From Candidatus Woesearchaeota archaeon (GTDB lineage: Archaea; Nanobdellota; Nanobdellia; Woesearchaeales; DSVV01), in contig JABJHR010000003.1 in the NCBI GenBank assembly GCA_018661705.1, forward strand, positions 601-64,600: a DNA stretch of 64,000 bases, read 5' to 3'. Positions 51,532 to 60,763 of this stretch are shown here, piece by piece. The first letter of the stretch is position 1. Each line of letters opens with the position of its first letter. The translations under genes and the position numbers were made by a program. Under the pieces are notes generated by a model. That model had not been told where the DNA came from, did no database searches, and saw only the letters and a program-made list of their open reading frames with translations.

Positions 51532-52851
51532 ATGAAAAAAATAAAAACAAACACCAAAATTTGGAAAAACAAAAAAGCAGCACACGTGTTTATGTTAATC
51601 TTATTAGGAATTACAATAATTGCATTTGCATCACTAATAGGAATTTTAAACATAAAATTAGGGCACGTAAAGCCTCTTGGTGAAGCCCCAATAACAATTT
51701 TCAAGGCTGTTCATGAGGGAGAGGATATATTAAATTATGTTGATGAAGGGGCAAAACATGCCGTAAGACAAGCAGAGTTTGACCTTGCAATGCAAGGCGG
51801 CGTATTAACATCTGGTTGTGGAAATCTAAACGGAATTAATTATTGGTATAAAGATGGGAAATTATGCATGCCAAAACAATACAAAGAAGATTTTAAGCAG
51901 ATTTTGTCTCAAAACTTGAATGTTGGTTATTACATTAAAACATCTGGATTAGACATTCCAACAAATAACTATGAAATAAAAATTCTCCCAAACAAAGTCT
52001 TAGGATTGGCAAAAAAAGAAATTGTTATTGATGGAACAAGAGTAGAAGTTCCGACAACTTTTAGTTATAATGTAGAATCCACTAATGCAGCAATAGAAAA
52101 AGATAAATTAGAGCAAACAAAAACACCTTCAAGCAATTTAATAACTGAAAATAAAGAACAAGGTAAAGAGAATATTATTTTACTGGGACAAGAATGCCAA
52201 ATCACTAATTTTATTTTAGATTCTGAATCATTATGGTATAACAATGCAGGGGGCATTAAAAATGCTGCAATGATTGAGGAATCAACTGAATATTACTACA
52301 ATCCAAATTATCATCGTAACAAGTTTTATGGTACAATAGAAATGGTAAATATGCTAGAAAAAGCAAGCTGCATTACAAAAGAACTTACAGGAGCAAGAAC
52401 TAGAATACACGATCTTAGCGCAAAGCAAGGAGGAAAAATTGGTCACAGATCACATCAAAACGGAAGAGATGTTGATACAGGTATTTTAAAAAACAGTGGT
52501 GGAAAAATCACATCTGTATTTAAAAATTTAAATGGTTCTAAAATAGATCTTTTTGATGCAAAAGCAAACTGGATATTCCTTAAAGCAATTTATTTATCTG
52601 CAAATATTGAAATGATAGGAACAGACAAAGAATTTATTGATAAGCTAAAATCATATACAGAACAAAATGAACCAGATAAAGAACTTGCAGCTAATATCAT
52701 TAAAAAATTATCTTATTGGAAGGGTCATGCAGATCATTACCACATTAGAATTTATTGTAGCCCAGAAGATAAAATGTGCAAAGACGGGTCTGCTAAAAGC
52801 TCAGAAAAAGCATACTGGAAAAACCAAGTAGAGGAGTATTTGGAAACATGA
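51532..52851 (+). CDS. Pilin-like protein fused to MepA-type murein endopeptidase
   Basis: NKKA|AH plus helix; DLSAKQGG.IGHRSHQNGRDVD and WKGHADHYHIRIYC. Confidence 0.88.
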   Translation: MKKIKTNTKIWKNKKAAHVFMLILLGITIIAFASLIGILNIKLGHVKPLGEAPITIFKAVHEGEDILNYVDEGAKHAVRQAEFDLAMQGGVLTSGCGNLNGINYWYKDGKLCMPKQYKEDFKQILSQNLNVGYYIKTSGLDIPTNNYEIKILPNKVLGLAKKEIVIDGTRVEVPTTFSYNVESTNAAIEKDKLEQTKTPSSNLITENKEQGKENIILLGQECQITNFILDSESLWYNNAGGIKNAAMIEESTEYYYNPNYHRNKFYGTIEMVNMLEKASCITKELTGARTRIHDLSAKQGGKIGHRSHQNGRDVDTGILKNSGGKITSVFKNLNGSKIDLFDAKANWIFLKAIYLSANIEMIGTDKEFIDKLKSYTEQNEPDKELAANIIKKLSYWKGHADHYHIRIYCSPEDKMCKDGSAKSSEKAYWKNQVEEYLET

Positions 52852-54080
52852 GAAAAACCAAGTTTAAAACATTAGTTCAAACAATATTGGCATGCGTATT
52901 ACTCACAATGTTAATGTTTGTAGTTTCAACTACTATTTTTGGCGAAGAAATCATGTATATTGAAATCAATGAAGAAGACAACCTAAAAACCCTTAAAATC
53001 CTCGATGACTCAAATTTATTTTACTTATTTGGAGAGGATGAAGAAATTTACATAGGGGAGTTAGGAGAAGAAAGTTCATTAGAAAAGAAATTTATTGTTG
53101 AAGTAACAGATCAATTCAAAAAAACAATTTTAAAAGAAGAATTTAGTGATACAACAATATATATCCCTTACAACAAGAATATAAGACACATAAAAGCCTC
53201 AACATTTGGCCCTCAAATTCAAGAGAAGATAATAATAAACAAGGAATTCAATTTTTGTAACCAAAATAACATTTGTGAACCGTGTTTTGATAAAACCTGG
53301 TGTGAAGTAATGGAAAACTTTGTTTCTTGCCCAGAAGATTGTAATTCTGGCAGTAACGATAATTATTGTGATTTAGAACAAGATAGTGTATGTGATCCTG
53401 ACTGTATTAACACAAATGAAAATAATGTTGACAAAGACTGTGAATCCTGCCAAATATCTGATTATACCTTAGAAGGATATGAAAACATAGAAGAATTACA
53501 GGAAGAAACAAACAAACAAGAAATAACTCAAAGTAAAACATGCTATTACAACAATCTTAATCATCATTGTATGTTTGAATATAATGGTGTAAAATGCAAT
53601 AAAAAACAACATTGTTCAAATGGGGAATGGATTACACTTGAGGACAATACCGCATGTTGCTTAGAAGGATACTGTTTAGATGATGAAATACTAGCAATAA
53701 ACACACTAGAAGAAGAAAATTCATATCCTGCTGAAAAAAAAATAGAACCAACCATTAATATTGAAAAATATAAAGATTTTGGAACAGAACAAAAAGATTA
53801 TATTGGAACAATTATTTTATTTAGTATAATTATTTTGATAATTATAATAACTGGAACCCTGTTATTGTTTTATGAAATTAAAAAATCTAATGGTCATCAA
53901 GCTTCACCAGTGAAAAATAAATTACGGGCAAATGAATTAATCAGAACAATAAATGAATTACATTCCAAAGGAATGAATTATTCTAAAATTAAACAACATT
54001 TGATTAGAAGAGGATATTATGAAGAAGAAATAGATAATTACCTAAATCATCATCATTCTTCAAATAAAAATCACAATTAA
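52848..54080 (+). CDS. Cys-rich secreted protein with C-terminal TM helix and cytoplasmic tail
   Basis: Signal peptide; ENFVSCPEDC, CDPDC; TM helix; tail KGMNYSKIKQHLIRRGY. Confidence 0.75.
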   Translation: MRKTKFKTLVQTILACVLLTMLMFVVSTTIFGEEIMYIEINEEDNLKTLKILDDSNLFYLFGEDEEIYIGELGEESSLEKKFIVEVTDQFKKTILKEEFSDTTIYIPYNKNIRHIKASTFGPQIQEKIIINKEFNFCNQNNICEPCFDKTWCEVMENFVSCPEDCNSGSNDNYCDLEQDSVCDPDCINTNENNVDKDCESCQISDYTLEGYENIEELQEETNKQEITQSKTCYYNNLNHHCMFEYNGVKCNKKQHCSNGEWITLEDNTACCLEGYCLDDEILAINTLEEENSYPAEKKIEPTINIEKYKDFGTEQKDYIGTIILFSIIILIIIITGTLLLFYEIKKSNGHQASPVKNKLRANELIRTINELHSKGMNYSKIKQHLIRRGYYEEEIDNYLNHHHSSNKNHN

Positions 54081-54111
54081 AAATTAATATGATTATAACA
54101 GTTTAAAAAAA

Positions 54112-57100
54112 ATGAAAAAACAAAAAATAAAATTAGAAGGCAAGCAGTTATTTGTTATAGCCTTAATTGCAATTTTCATAGTTGCCAGCATATTATTTTT
54201 AAGTGATTCAACAACAAATGTAGATAAAAATCTTATTGGAAAAGCCACCACTACCCAAAATCAATATCCGGAAGATTATAAAGTCGTGTTTCTTTCTGAC
54301 ACACATGTATCATTAAATGGTGGAGTTAGACAAGACTTTAAAGATGCTGTACAAGCCACACTAAAATTAAATCCAAATATGGTTGTAGTATTAGGTGATA
54401 TGGTTAATGGTGGAAGAAGTTCAACAAGCACAATAAAAATTCAATCTGCATGGGAGAAGTTTGATGAAACAATACTGCCTTTAATAGATGCAGGCATTGC
54501 CGTATTTCCTGTTGTTGGAAATCATGATGCCGCTTATACAGATGAACTAGAACAAGGTTACAAAAAACATTGGCAATCATACACAACCCCAATATCATTA
54601 AAAAGTGGAGTTATGAATAATTATTATAGTTTTGAATATAGTGGGGATTTACATATTGTGCTTTATGTTCCAAACAGAATAAAACATGATAAGCAACAAT
54701 TAAATTGGTTAGATGAACAATTAACACAAGCACATACATTAAATCAATTAACAAATGAAAAACCGTATAGAAATGTTTTCTTATACACTCACAAACCAAT
54801 TATAACAATTAGTCCGCAATCAAGCCAACTTTATACCAAAGAGTTAGGAGAGATTATTAAAAATAGAATTTCTGCTGTTTTTTCTGGCCATGATCATGTT
54901 GTTGGGGTAACAATTATTGCAGATACAAACGTCCCACAATTTATTATTGGAACAACAAGTGGTGCCCTTGGAAGAAGAAACAGCGATGGTGTTTTAAAAC
55001 CATACACTGATTTAGAAGGAAACTCATACCAAAATACCTTTGGGTATATGGAGATTAACTCTCAAGGCTACCAAGTTACAAATATAGAAGAACCATTTGA
55101 TCAATTAACATCAGCAATAGGTTATACACCAGGAATTCCACAACCAAAAGATTGTAAGGACATGATTGGTTATGAACACATGCCAAAAATTCCAGAAGTT
55201 GATAAATTTGATAATGAATTTTTTGAAGAGTATATGAAAAAGATTTCTGAATATGAACCATACATACAAGAATTATATGAAAATGAGAAATATCAAATTA
55301 GACCCGAATTAATTAAAGCAATTATGGTTCCTGAAAGCAGAGGTAATGTGTATAGAAATAAAAAATACAAAAAAATTGATAATGCTGGCAATAAAATTGA
55401 ACCAACTGCAAAAGTATTATGCAACGGTAGGTGCAAACAGTGTAATTTTTGTGGGGGTCCAGGTGATGCTGAATTGTGCATGGAAAACAGCAAAGAATGT
55501 ATTTATTATGATAAAAACACATGGGAAAAAAGCATTAGTTCTTCTTGTGGTTTCTGTAGTTTGATGCAAACTAACATAGGCAAATGTGAAGACGTAGAAG
55601 AATGTGATGTAGAAAGATTCCTTGCAGGAAATCCCAGAGATGCAATTTTCTCTTCTGCAAAGTACATAAAAATGATTATGCAATCTTACAAGAACACAGT
55701 AAAAACAGTAACAAATAATAAACTTCCAGAACACAATTATTATTGGGCAATTGGTTTTGCTTACAACAATGGCCCCGGTAGTTTAAAAGTTGCAATTAAA
55801 GAGATTACTAAAAACAAATATGGGGGAGATTATTCTAGATTTAATTGGTGGGAATTAACAAAAGAGGATTTTGAACCAATCATGCAACATTTTTCACCAC
55901 ATGTTTCTGTAAAAGATCCCCTTGGCAGAGTTTTGTATGCGTTGCGTGTACTAAAAATTCTTCAACACCAAAACTTTAAAGATTGCGGACAACCAAATGC
56001 AAATTTTAAATCAATAACAGAAACAACAACAAAAGAATTAAGTACACCAGATACTATCTACATGGATATTGAAGATCAATTTGTTTATCAAGTAGATCCC
56101 AGCTTTAGTATTCCTTTAACACATGATCTTGACGTATATGTAAGATTAAGAGAAAAAGTATTTTTAATTGCAAAAGAAGTGGAAGATTGTCATGAAAGTG
56201 AAAAATATTTGGTAGAGGTTATTAGTAAAAACACATATGATAAATGCATGACAAAAGTCATTTCAAATAATGCAGAAATAAACTTACCGCCAAAATTAAA
56301 ATTAGAAATATGTGAAACACATGACACCATTCCAAATTATGGTTTATGTTTTGAATCAAAAGAGAAAGTATTTGTGAAAACCAAAGACAAATACTCAATA
56401 CAACAATTAACATACAAGATAGCATTAGGTTTTGATATACCAGAACTAAAAAACAAGGAAATTAAGAATAAAGAAATAAAAATACAAGGAGCCCAAACAC
56501 AGTACGCAAGTGGCGATACAATAAATTACGACGACAAGATTTCATTTACTGAAACAACCCACAATAATAAAGAGACATTAATTATTTCATTAGATCCTAA
56601 ACATTTTGACATAAAAGTAGAAAGTGCAAAAACAATTACAGGGAATCAAAAAGCAACACTAAAAGAAATGGTTGAGAAAACGGGTGCAATTGCAGCCATC
56701 ACTGGTGGTTTTTTTAATGTAAACACTGCAGAAGCAGGTAAAAAATGTTCAAGACCAGAAAAACGAAGTGAACCACTTGGATTGGTTGTTGAAAATTCCA
56801 ATACTTTAAGTGAAATGTTTAATATGGATTGGGATTGTCATTTAATGCAACAAGGAACAATTGATCCGCACCATATTTTTGTTGTTGATAAAGAATCACC
56901 AGATGAATTTATAATTGAGAGAGAAGAATATAACACAAACTATTTTGACTCAAACACTCCCAATTATGCGCTTCAATCTGGAGCATTAATTTATAATAAT
57001 GAACTTTTGGAATGTCCGTTCTCTAAGTCTTTTTGTACATCTTCACCAAAAAGAACTCTTCTTTGTATTACAACAGACAATAAAATAAAATTAATGGTGT

Positions 57101-57954
57101 TTCAATCATTAGCTTTAACAAAACTTCCATCTTGGATAATTGAAGATTGTAAAGATTTACTTAATTTAGATGGTGGTGGTTCAACATCCATGGAATACAG
57201 GCAAGGAGAGTATCATTCTGTACAATGGGAACACAATAAATATGAAGATGGCCAATTAGTAAAAAAGAAAGAAAATCATTTTACAACACAATCAACAACA
57301 GATGGGGGAAGATCTATTGTTAATGGAATATTTATTTATCCAAAAAAAGAACAAAACAAAGATTCAGAATCTACAACAACTTCTGAAGAAAGAAAGATTG
57401 CTGTTTTTGGTGGTTCAGTTGTAGCTCAAGCCACAAGTAATGACAATTCTGTAGAGGACTTTATTACAAGATTAAATACAAAAAACATTGGTGAAATAAC
57501 GGGATATGGTGACTATATTGTTGAGAGCGGCGATATAAAATCAACATTATTAACAACACTAGATCAAAATCCCGATAATGAATATCATGAAATTTTAATT
57601 TTAGCTGAATCAGATAATGTTTGTGAAAGCTGGGAAATAGTTAAAGAAGATTTACAAGATATGTACACTTATGCTAAGAAATCTAAAAATCTGCGTGTTG
57701 GAGCATTAACTGCGTTACCATTTAAAGGACATTTCTCTTGGAAACCAAAATGTCAAGAAGGCCTTGAAGCTTTAAACAACTGGATAATGCAAGAAGCAAT
57801 TGATGTTGATTTTAGAGTAGATCTTTATACAAAACTAGTAGATCCAAATGATAACCAAAAAATAGCTGATTCTTTAACAGTAGATTTTTATCATCCTAAC
57901 AGTTTAGGACATGAAAGAATTACTGATGAAATTCTTCTAATAGGTTATTCATAA
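54112..57954 (+). CDS. Membrane-anchored multidomain hydrolase: metallophosphoesterase + SLT lytic transglycosylase + NAGPA + SGNH
   Basis: DTH/GD/GNHD/GHDH; AIMVPESRG/SLMQ/AYNNGPG; TGGFF/NLDGGGSTSM; FGGS/DFYHPN. Confidence 0.88.
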   Translation: MKKQKIKLEGKQLFVIALIAIFIVASILFLSDSTTNVDKNLIGKATTTQNQYPEDYKVVFLSDTHVSLNGGVRQDFKDAVQATLKLNPNMVVVLGDMVNGGRSSTSTIKIQSAWEKFDETILPLIDAGIAVFPVVGNHDAAYTDELEQGYKKHWQSYTTPISLKSGVMNNYYSFEYSGDLHIVLYVPNRIKHDKQQLNWLDEQLTQAHTLNQLTNEKPYRNVFLYTHKPIITISPQSSQLYTKELGEIIKNRISAVFSGHDHVVGVTIIADTNVPQFIIGTTSGALGRRNSDGVLKPYTDLEGNSYQNTFGYMEINSQGYQVTNIEEPFDQLTSAIGYTPGIPQPKDCKDMIGYEHMPKIPEVDKFDNEFFEEYMKKISEYEPYIQELYENEKYQIRPELIKAIMVPESRGNVYRNKKYKKIDNAGNKIEPTAKVLCNGRCKQCNFCGGPGDAELCMENSKECIYYDKNTWEKSISSSCGFCSLMQTNIGKCEDVEECDVERFLAGNPRDAIFSSAKYIKMIMQSYKNTVKTVTNNKLPEHNYYWAIGFAYNNGPGSLKVAIKEITKNKYGGDYSRFNWWELTKEDFEPIMQHFSPHVSVKDPLGRVLYALRVLKILQHQNFKDCGQPNANFKSITETTTKELSTPDTIYMDIEDQFVYQVDPSFSIPLTHDLDVYVRLREKVFLIAKEVEDCHESEKYLVEVISKNTYDKCMTKVISNNAEINLPPKLKLEICETHDTIPNYGLCFESKEKVFVKTKDKYSIQQLTYKIALGFDIPELKNKEIKNKEIKIQGAQTQYASGDTINYDDKISFTETTHNNKETLIISLDPKHFDIKVESAKTITGNQKATLKEMVEKTGAIAAITGGFFNVNTAEAGKKCSRPEKRSEPLGLVVENSNTLSEMFNMDWDCHLMQQGTIDPHHIFVVDKESPDEFIIEREEYNTNYFDSNTPNYALQSGALIYNNELLECPFSKSFCTSSPKRTLLCITTDNKIKLMVFQSLALTKLPSWIIEDCKDLLNLDGGGSTSMEYRQGEYHSVQWEHNKYEDGQLVKKKENHFTTQSTTDGGRSIVNGIFIYPKKEQNKDSESTTTSEERKIAVFGGSVVAQATSNDNSVEDFITRLNTKNIGEITGYGDYIVESGDIKSTLLTTLDQNPDNEYHEILILAESDNVCESWEIVKEDLQDMYTYAKKSKNLRVGALTALPFKGHFSWKPKCQEGLEALNNWIMQEAIDVDFRVDLYTKLVDPNDNQKIADSLTVDFYHPNSLGHERITDEILLIGYS

Positions 57955-58117
57955 TCTGAGCAGCAATTTAAGTAAATTATCACTAAAATTTAAGTTAATA
58001 ATTAGAAAAAATTGATTTCACACAGAACATATATTATCTATACTATAGGTCCAAATATAAGAACCCATATAAATAAAAGAAATTTGCTATTATTTATAAG
58101 ATAAGGGGGGATTTATT

Positions 58118-59167
58118 ATGATTAATATACCATATGATGTTGTAATTAAGAAAATTACAGAAAAAACAGGAACTTCTCAAGCAGAGATTGAAATTAAGAT
58201 AAAACAAAAAATGGAGCAATTAGCAGGATTAATTTCTAAAGATGGGGCTGCCCACATTGTTGCTAATGACCTTGGTGTTAAGCTAATGGAACAAGGTGGT
58301 CCAGTTAAGATAAATGAAGTCTATGCAAATATGAAAAATGTGGAAACACAAGGAAAAGTAACAAAAAAATTTAATTTATATGAATTTCAAAGAGGCGAAA
58401 CAACTGGCAAGGTTGCAAGTTTTTTTATTGGGGATGAAAGTGGACAAATTAGAATCACATTATGGCATGACCAAACAAAAGAATTTGATAACATAAAAGA
58501 AGGAGATATAATAAAAGTTAAAGGAACTAATGCGAGATTAAACAATAATTTTGTAGAGTTACACCTTGATACAAACTCACAATTAATGATAAATCCAAGT
58601 GGGGTTGAAGTTGGAGAAGTTAAGCAATTCTCAAGACAAAGAAAATCAATTGCAGACCTAAAAGAAGATGATAAAAATATTGAGTTACTAGGCACAATTG
58701 TCCAAGTATTTGATATTAGATTTTTTGAAGTTTGTGGAACATGCAATAAAAAATTACAACCAGGCCCAGATGGCCCACATTGTTTAGAACATGGAAAAGA
58801 GAAATTAGATCACAATTATGTATTAAATGTATTCTTAGACGATGGAAATAGCACAATAAGAGTTGTTTTCTTCAGAAATCAACTACAGAACCTATTAAAG
58901 AAAACACATGAAGAAGTTTTAGCTTATAGAGTTAATGCAGAAGGTTTTGAAAGTGTTAAAAATGAGCTATTAGGAGAAGTTATTAAAGTAATTGGCAGAG
59001 CTACAAAAAACAAAATGTTTGACAGATTAGAGTTCATGTCTAACCTTGTTTTTGTTGATATTGATCCAGAAGAAGAAATTAAAAAAATGGCAGCTGAATC
59101 AAAGCAAGAACCACAAACACAAAACCCAGTTACACCAGAAACAAAGCCAACAGATCAACCATTGTGA
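58118..59167 (+). CDS. RPA-like OB-fold ssDNA-binding protein
   Basis: GDESGQIRITLW, CxxC...CxxH zinc finger, LDDG. Confidence 0.88.
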   Translation: MINIPYDVVIKKITEKTGTSQAEIEIKIKQKMEQLAGLISKDGAAHIVANDLGVKLMEQGGPVKINEVYANMKNVETQGKVTKKFNLYEFQRGETTGKVASFFIGDESGQIRITLWHDQTKEFDNIKEGDIIKVKGTNARLNNNFVELHLDTNSQLMINPSGVEVGEVKQFSRQRKSIADLKEDDKNIELLGTIVQVFDIRFFEVCGTCNKKLQPGPDGPHCLEHGKEKLDHNYVLNVFLDDGNSTIRVVFFRNQLQNLLKKTHEEVLAYRVNAEGFESVKNELLGEVIKVIGRATKNKMFDRLEFMSNLVFVDIDPEEEIKKMAAESKQEPQTQNPVTPETKPTDQPL

Positions 59168-59210
59168 GCCTTGTAAAGCCATGTATAAAAGATAAAACAA
59201 AAAACGCAAA

Positions 59211-59696
59211 ATGATGTTTAAAACACACCGAATCTTTATTATTCTTTTTTGTTTAGTTGTTTATCTGAACCCATATAATTTATTTAATTGGATTTCTCTA
59301 CCAAATTTATTCTCATTTGAATTTCTAATTTTCATATTAATTGCCATATTTGCTTCAATGGTTCCCGATATCGATAACCCCAGTTCAAAATTAGGTAAAA
59401 ATGTTAAAATATTTGGTTATGTATTCAAACATCGTGGGTTTTTTCATTCTTTACCTGCATTATTACTTTTTTCATGGATTTTTTCTAATTTTGTTAACAA
59501 TACCTATGCTGCAGCGTTTGCTTTAGGTTACTTTTCCCATCTATTATTAGATAATCTTACCCACCAAGGCATTTACTGGCTTTACCCATTTAAATTTAGA
59601 GTAAAAGGTATTGTTAAATCAAATGGTTGGTTTGAGAAGATATTATTTTATGTATGCTTACTTTTAATTTTAATACTGTTGTTGTTATTAATTTAA
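59211..59696 (+). CDS. YdjM-family membrane-bound metal-dependent hydrolase
   Basis: KTH, PDID, HRGFFHS, SHLLLD. Confidence 0.9.
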   Translation: MMFKTHRIFIILFCLVVYLNPYNLFNWISLPNLFSFEFLIFILIAIFASMVPDIDNPSSKLGKNVKIFGYVFKHRGFFHSLPALLLFSWIFSNFVNNTYAAAFALGYFSHLLLDNLTHQGIYWLYPFKFRVKGIVKSNGWFEKILFYVCLLLILILLLLLI

Positions 59697-59777
59697 TCAA
59701 CTAATATGAAACCATTTTTAAGAATACCAATATTTAAATATTAGATTTCCTTAAAGAAACAAGAGTTGTGAATAAAA

Positions 59778-60728
59778 GTGAAAAGAAAAGTAATTCAAAT
59801 TGCTGATAAGACTTTTGTAGTTTCTTTACCAACTGAGTGGGTTAAAAGATTTAATATTGCAAAAGGTGATGAACTTTTTCTTAACAACAAAGATAATGAC
59901 TTAGTGATCTCACAAGATTCCACACCAAGTGCAAAAACAATTAGGATTACTATCTCGGGGCTTGAAGAAAGAGTTGTTAGGTGGTATTTATCTGCTTTAC
60001 ACAAGGCAGGTTATGATGAAATTGAGATAGTATATGAAAAAAATCAGCTTTCTTTGATTTATGAACTAATGAAAGATCTATTTACTGGATTTAATACAAG
60101 TGCTGAAACTAATTCCAGCATAACTTTAAAGTCCATTTCATCAGAAAACAAAGAAGATTTTAATACTGCTTTAAGAAGAGCTTTTCGTATTACTTTATTA
60201 ATGGGAAAAGAGCTAATTGATTATATAATGGCTATTAATTCAAGAAGGGAAGTTAATAACCAAACCTTAAATAATATAGCAGAAAAAGAACTATTAAACA
60301 ACCAATTAACTAATTTTTGCCAAAGATTAATTAATAAATACAAATTTGGTGGAGACAAGGGTACATTTCTTTATGCAATTCTCTGGAATTTAGAAAAGGT
60401 TTGTGATAATTATAAATATATCCTTAATGAATTAAATAGTGAAGGCAAAAGAACACAAGTAGGGAGCCAAAAAATAACAATTTCAAAGGAAATTATTGAA
60501 ATTCTAGAAGAAACAAACAAATATTTAGAAGAGTACTATGAATTATTTTACTCCTACAATCTTGAGAGATTAAATAAGATAAATCTAAAGACAAAGCAAA
60601 TAAAAGAGAAATTAAACCAAATTAAGCCAGAAAACCAAATAGATACTAAATTATTGTGTCGTCTCTCCACTTTAAGAGTACAAATAACTGATTTCTCTGC
60701 ATCAATAATTGCCTTAAATCAGAAATAA
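59778..60728 (+). CDS. AbrB-PhoU phosphate-uptake regulator family protein
   Basis: RKVIQI..TFVVSLPTEWV, GYDEIEI, LEKVCD. Confidence 0.85.
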   Translation: MKRKVIQIADKTFVVSLPTEWVKRFNIAKGDELFLNNKDNDLVISQDSTPSAKTIRITISGLEERVVRWYLSALHKAGYDEIEIVYEKNQLSLIYELMKDLFTGFNTSAETNSSITLKSISSENKEDFNTALRRAFRITLLMGKELIDYIMAINSRREVNNQTLNNIAEKELLNNQLTNFCQRLINKYKFGGDKGTFLYAILWNLEKVCDNYKYILNELNSEGKRTQVGSQKITISKEIIEILEETNKYLEEYYELFYSYNLERLNKINLKTKQIKEKLNQIKPENQIDTKLLCRLSTLRVQITDFSASIIALNQK

Positions 60729-60763
60729 AAATTAAAGAACATAAAATAATTAAAATAATTCAT

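Noticed and set aside
44871..57954. Prophage lysis cassette or bacterial contamination
   Set aside because: No phage structural or integrase genes; the signals and TATA promoter are archaeal-type; composition looks like the flanks; the locus sits between archaeal rnj and RPA-like genes.
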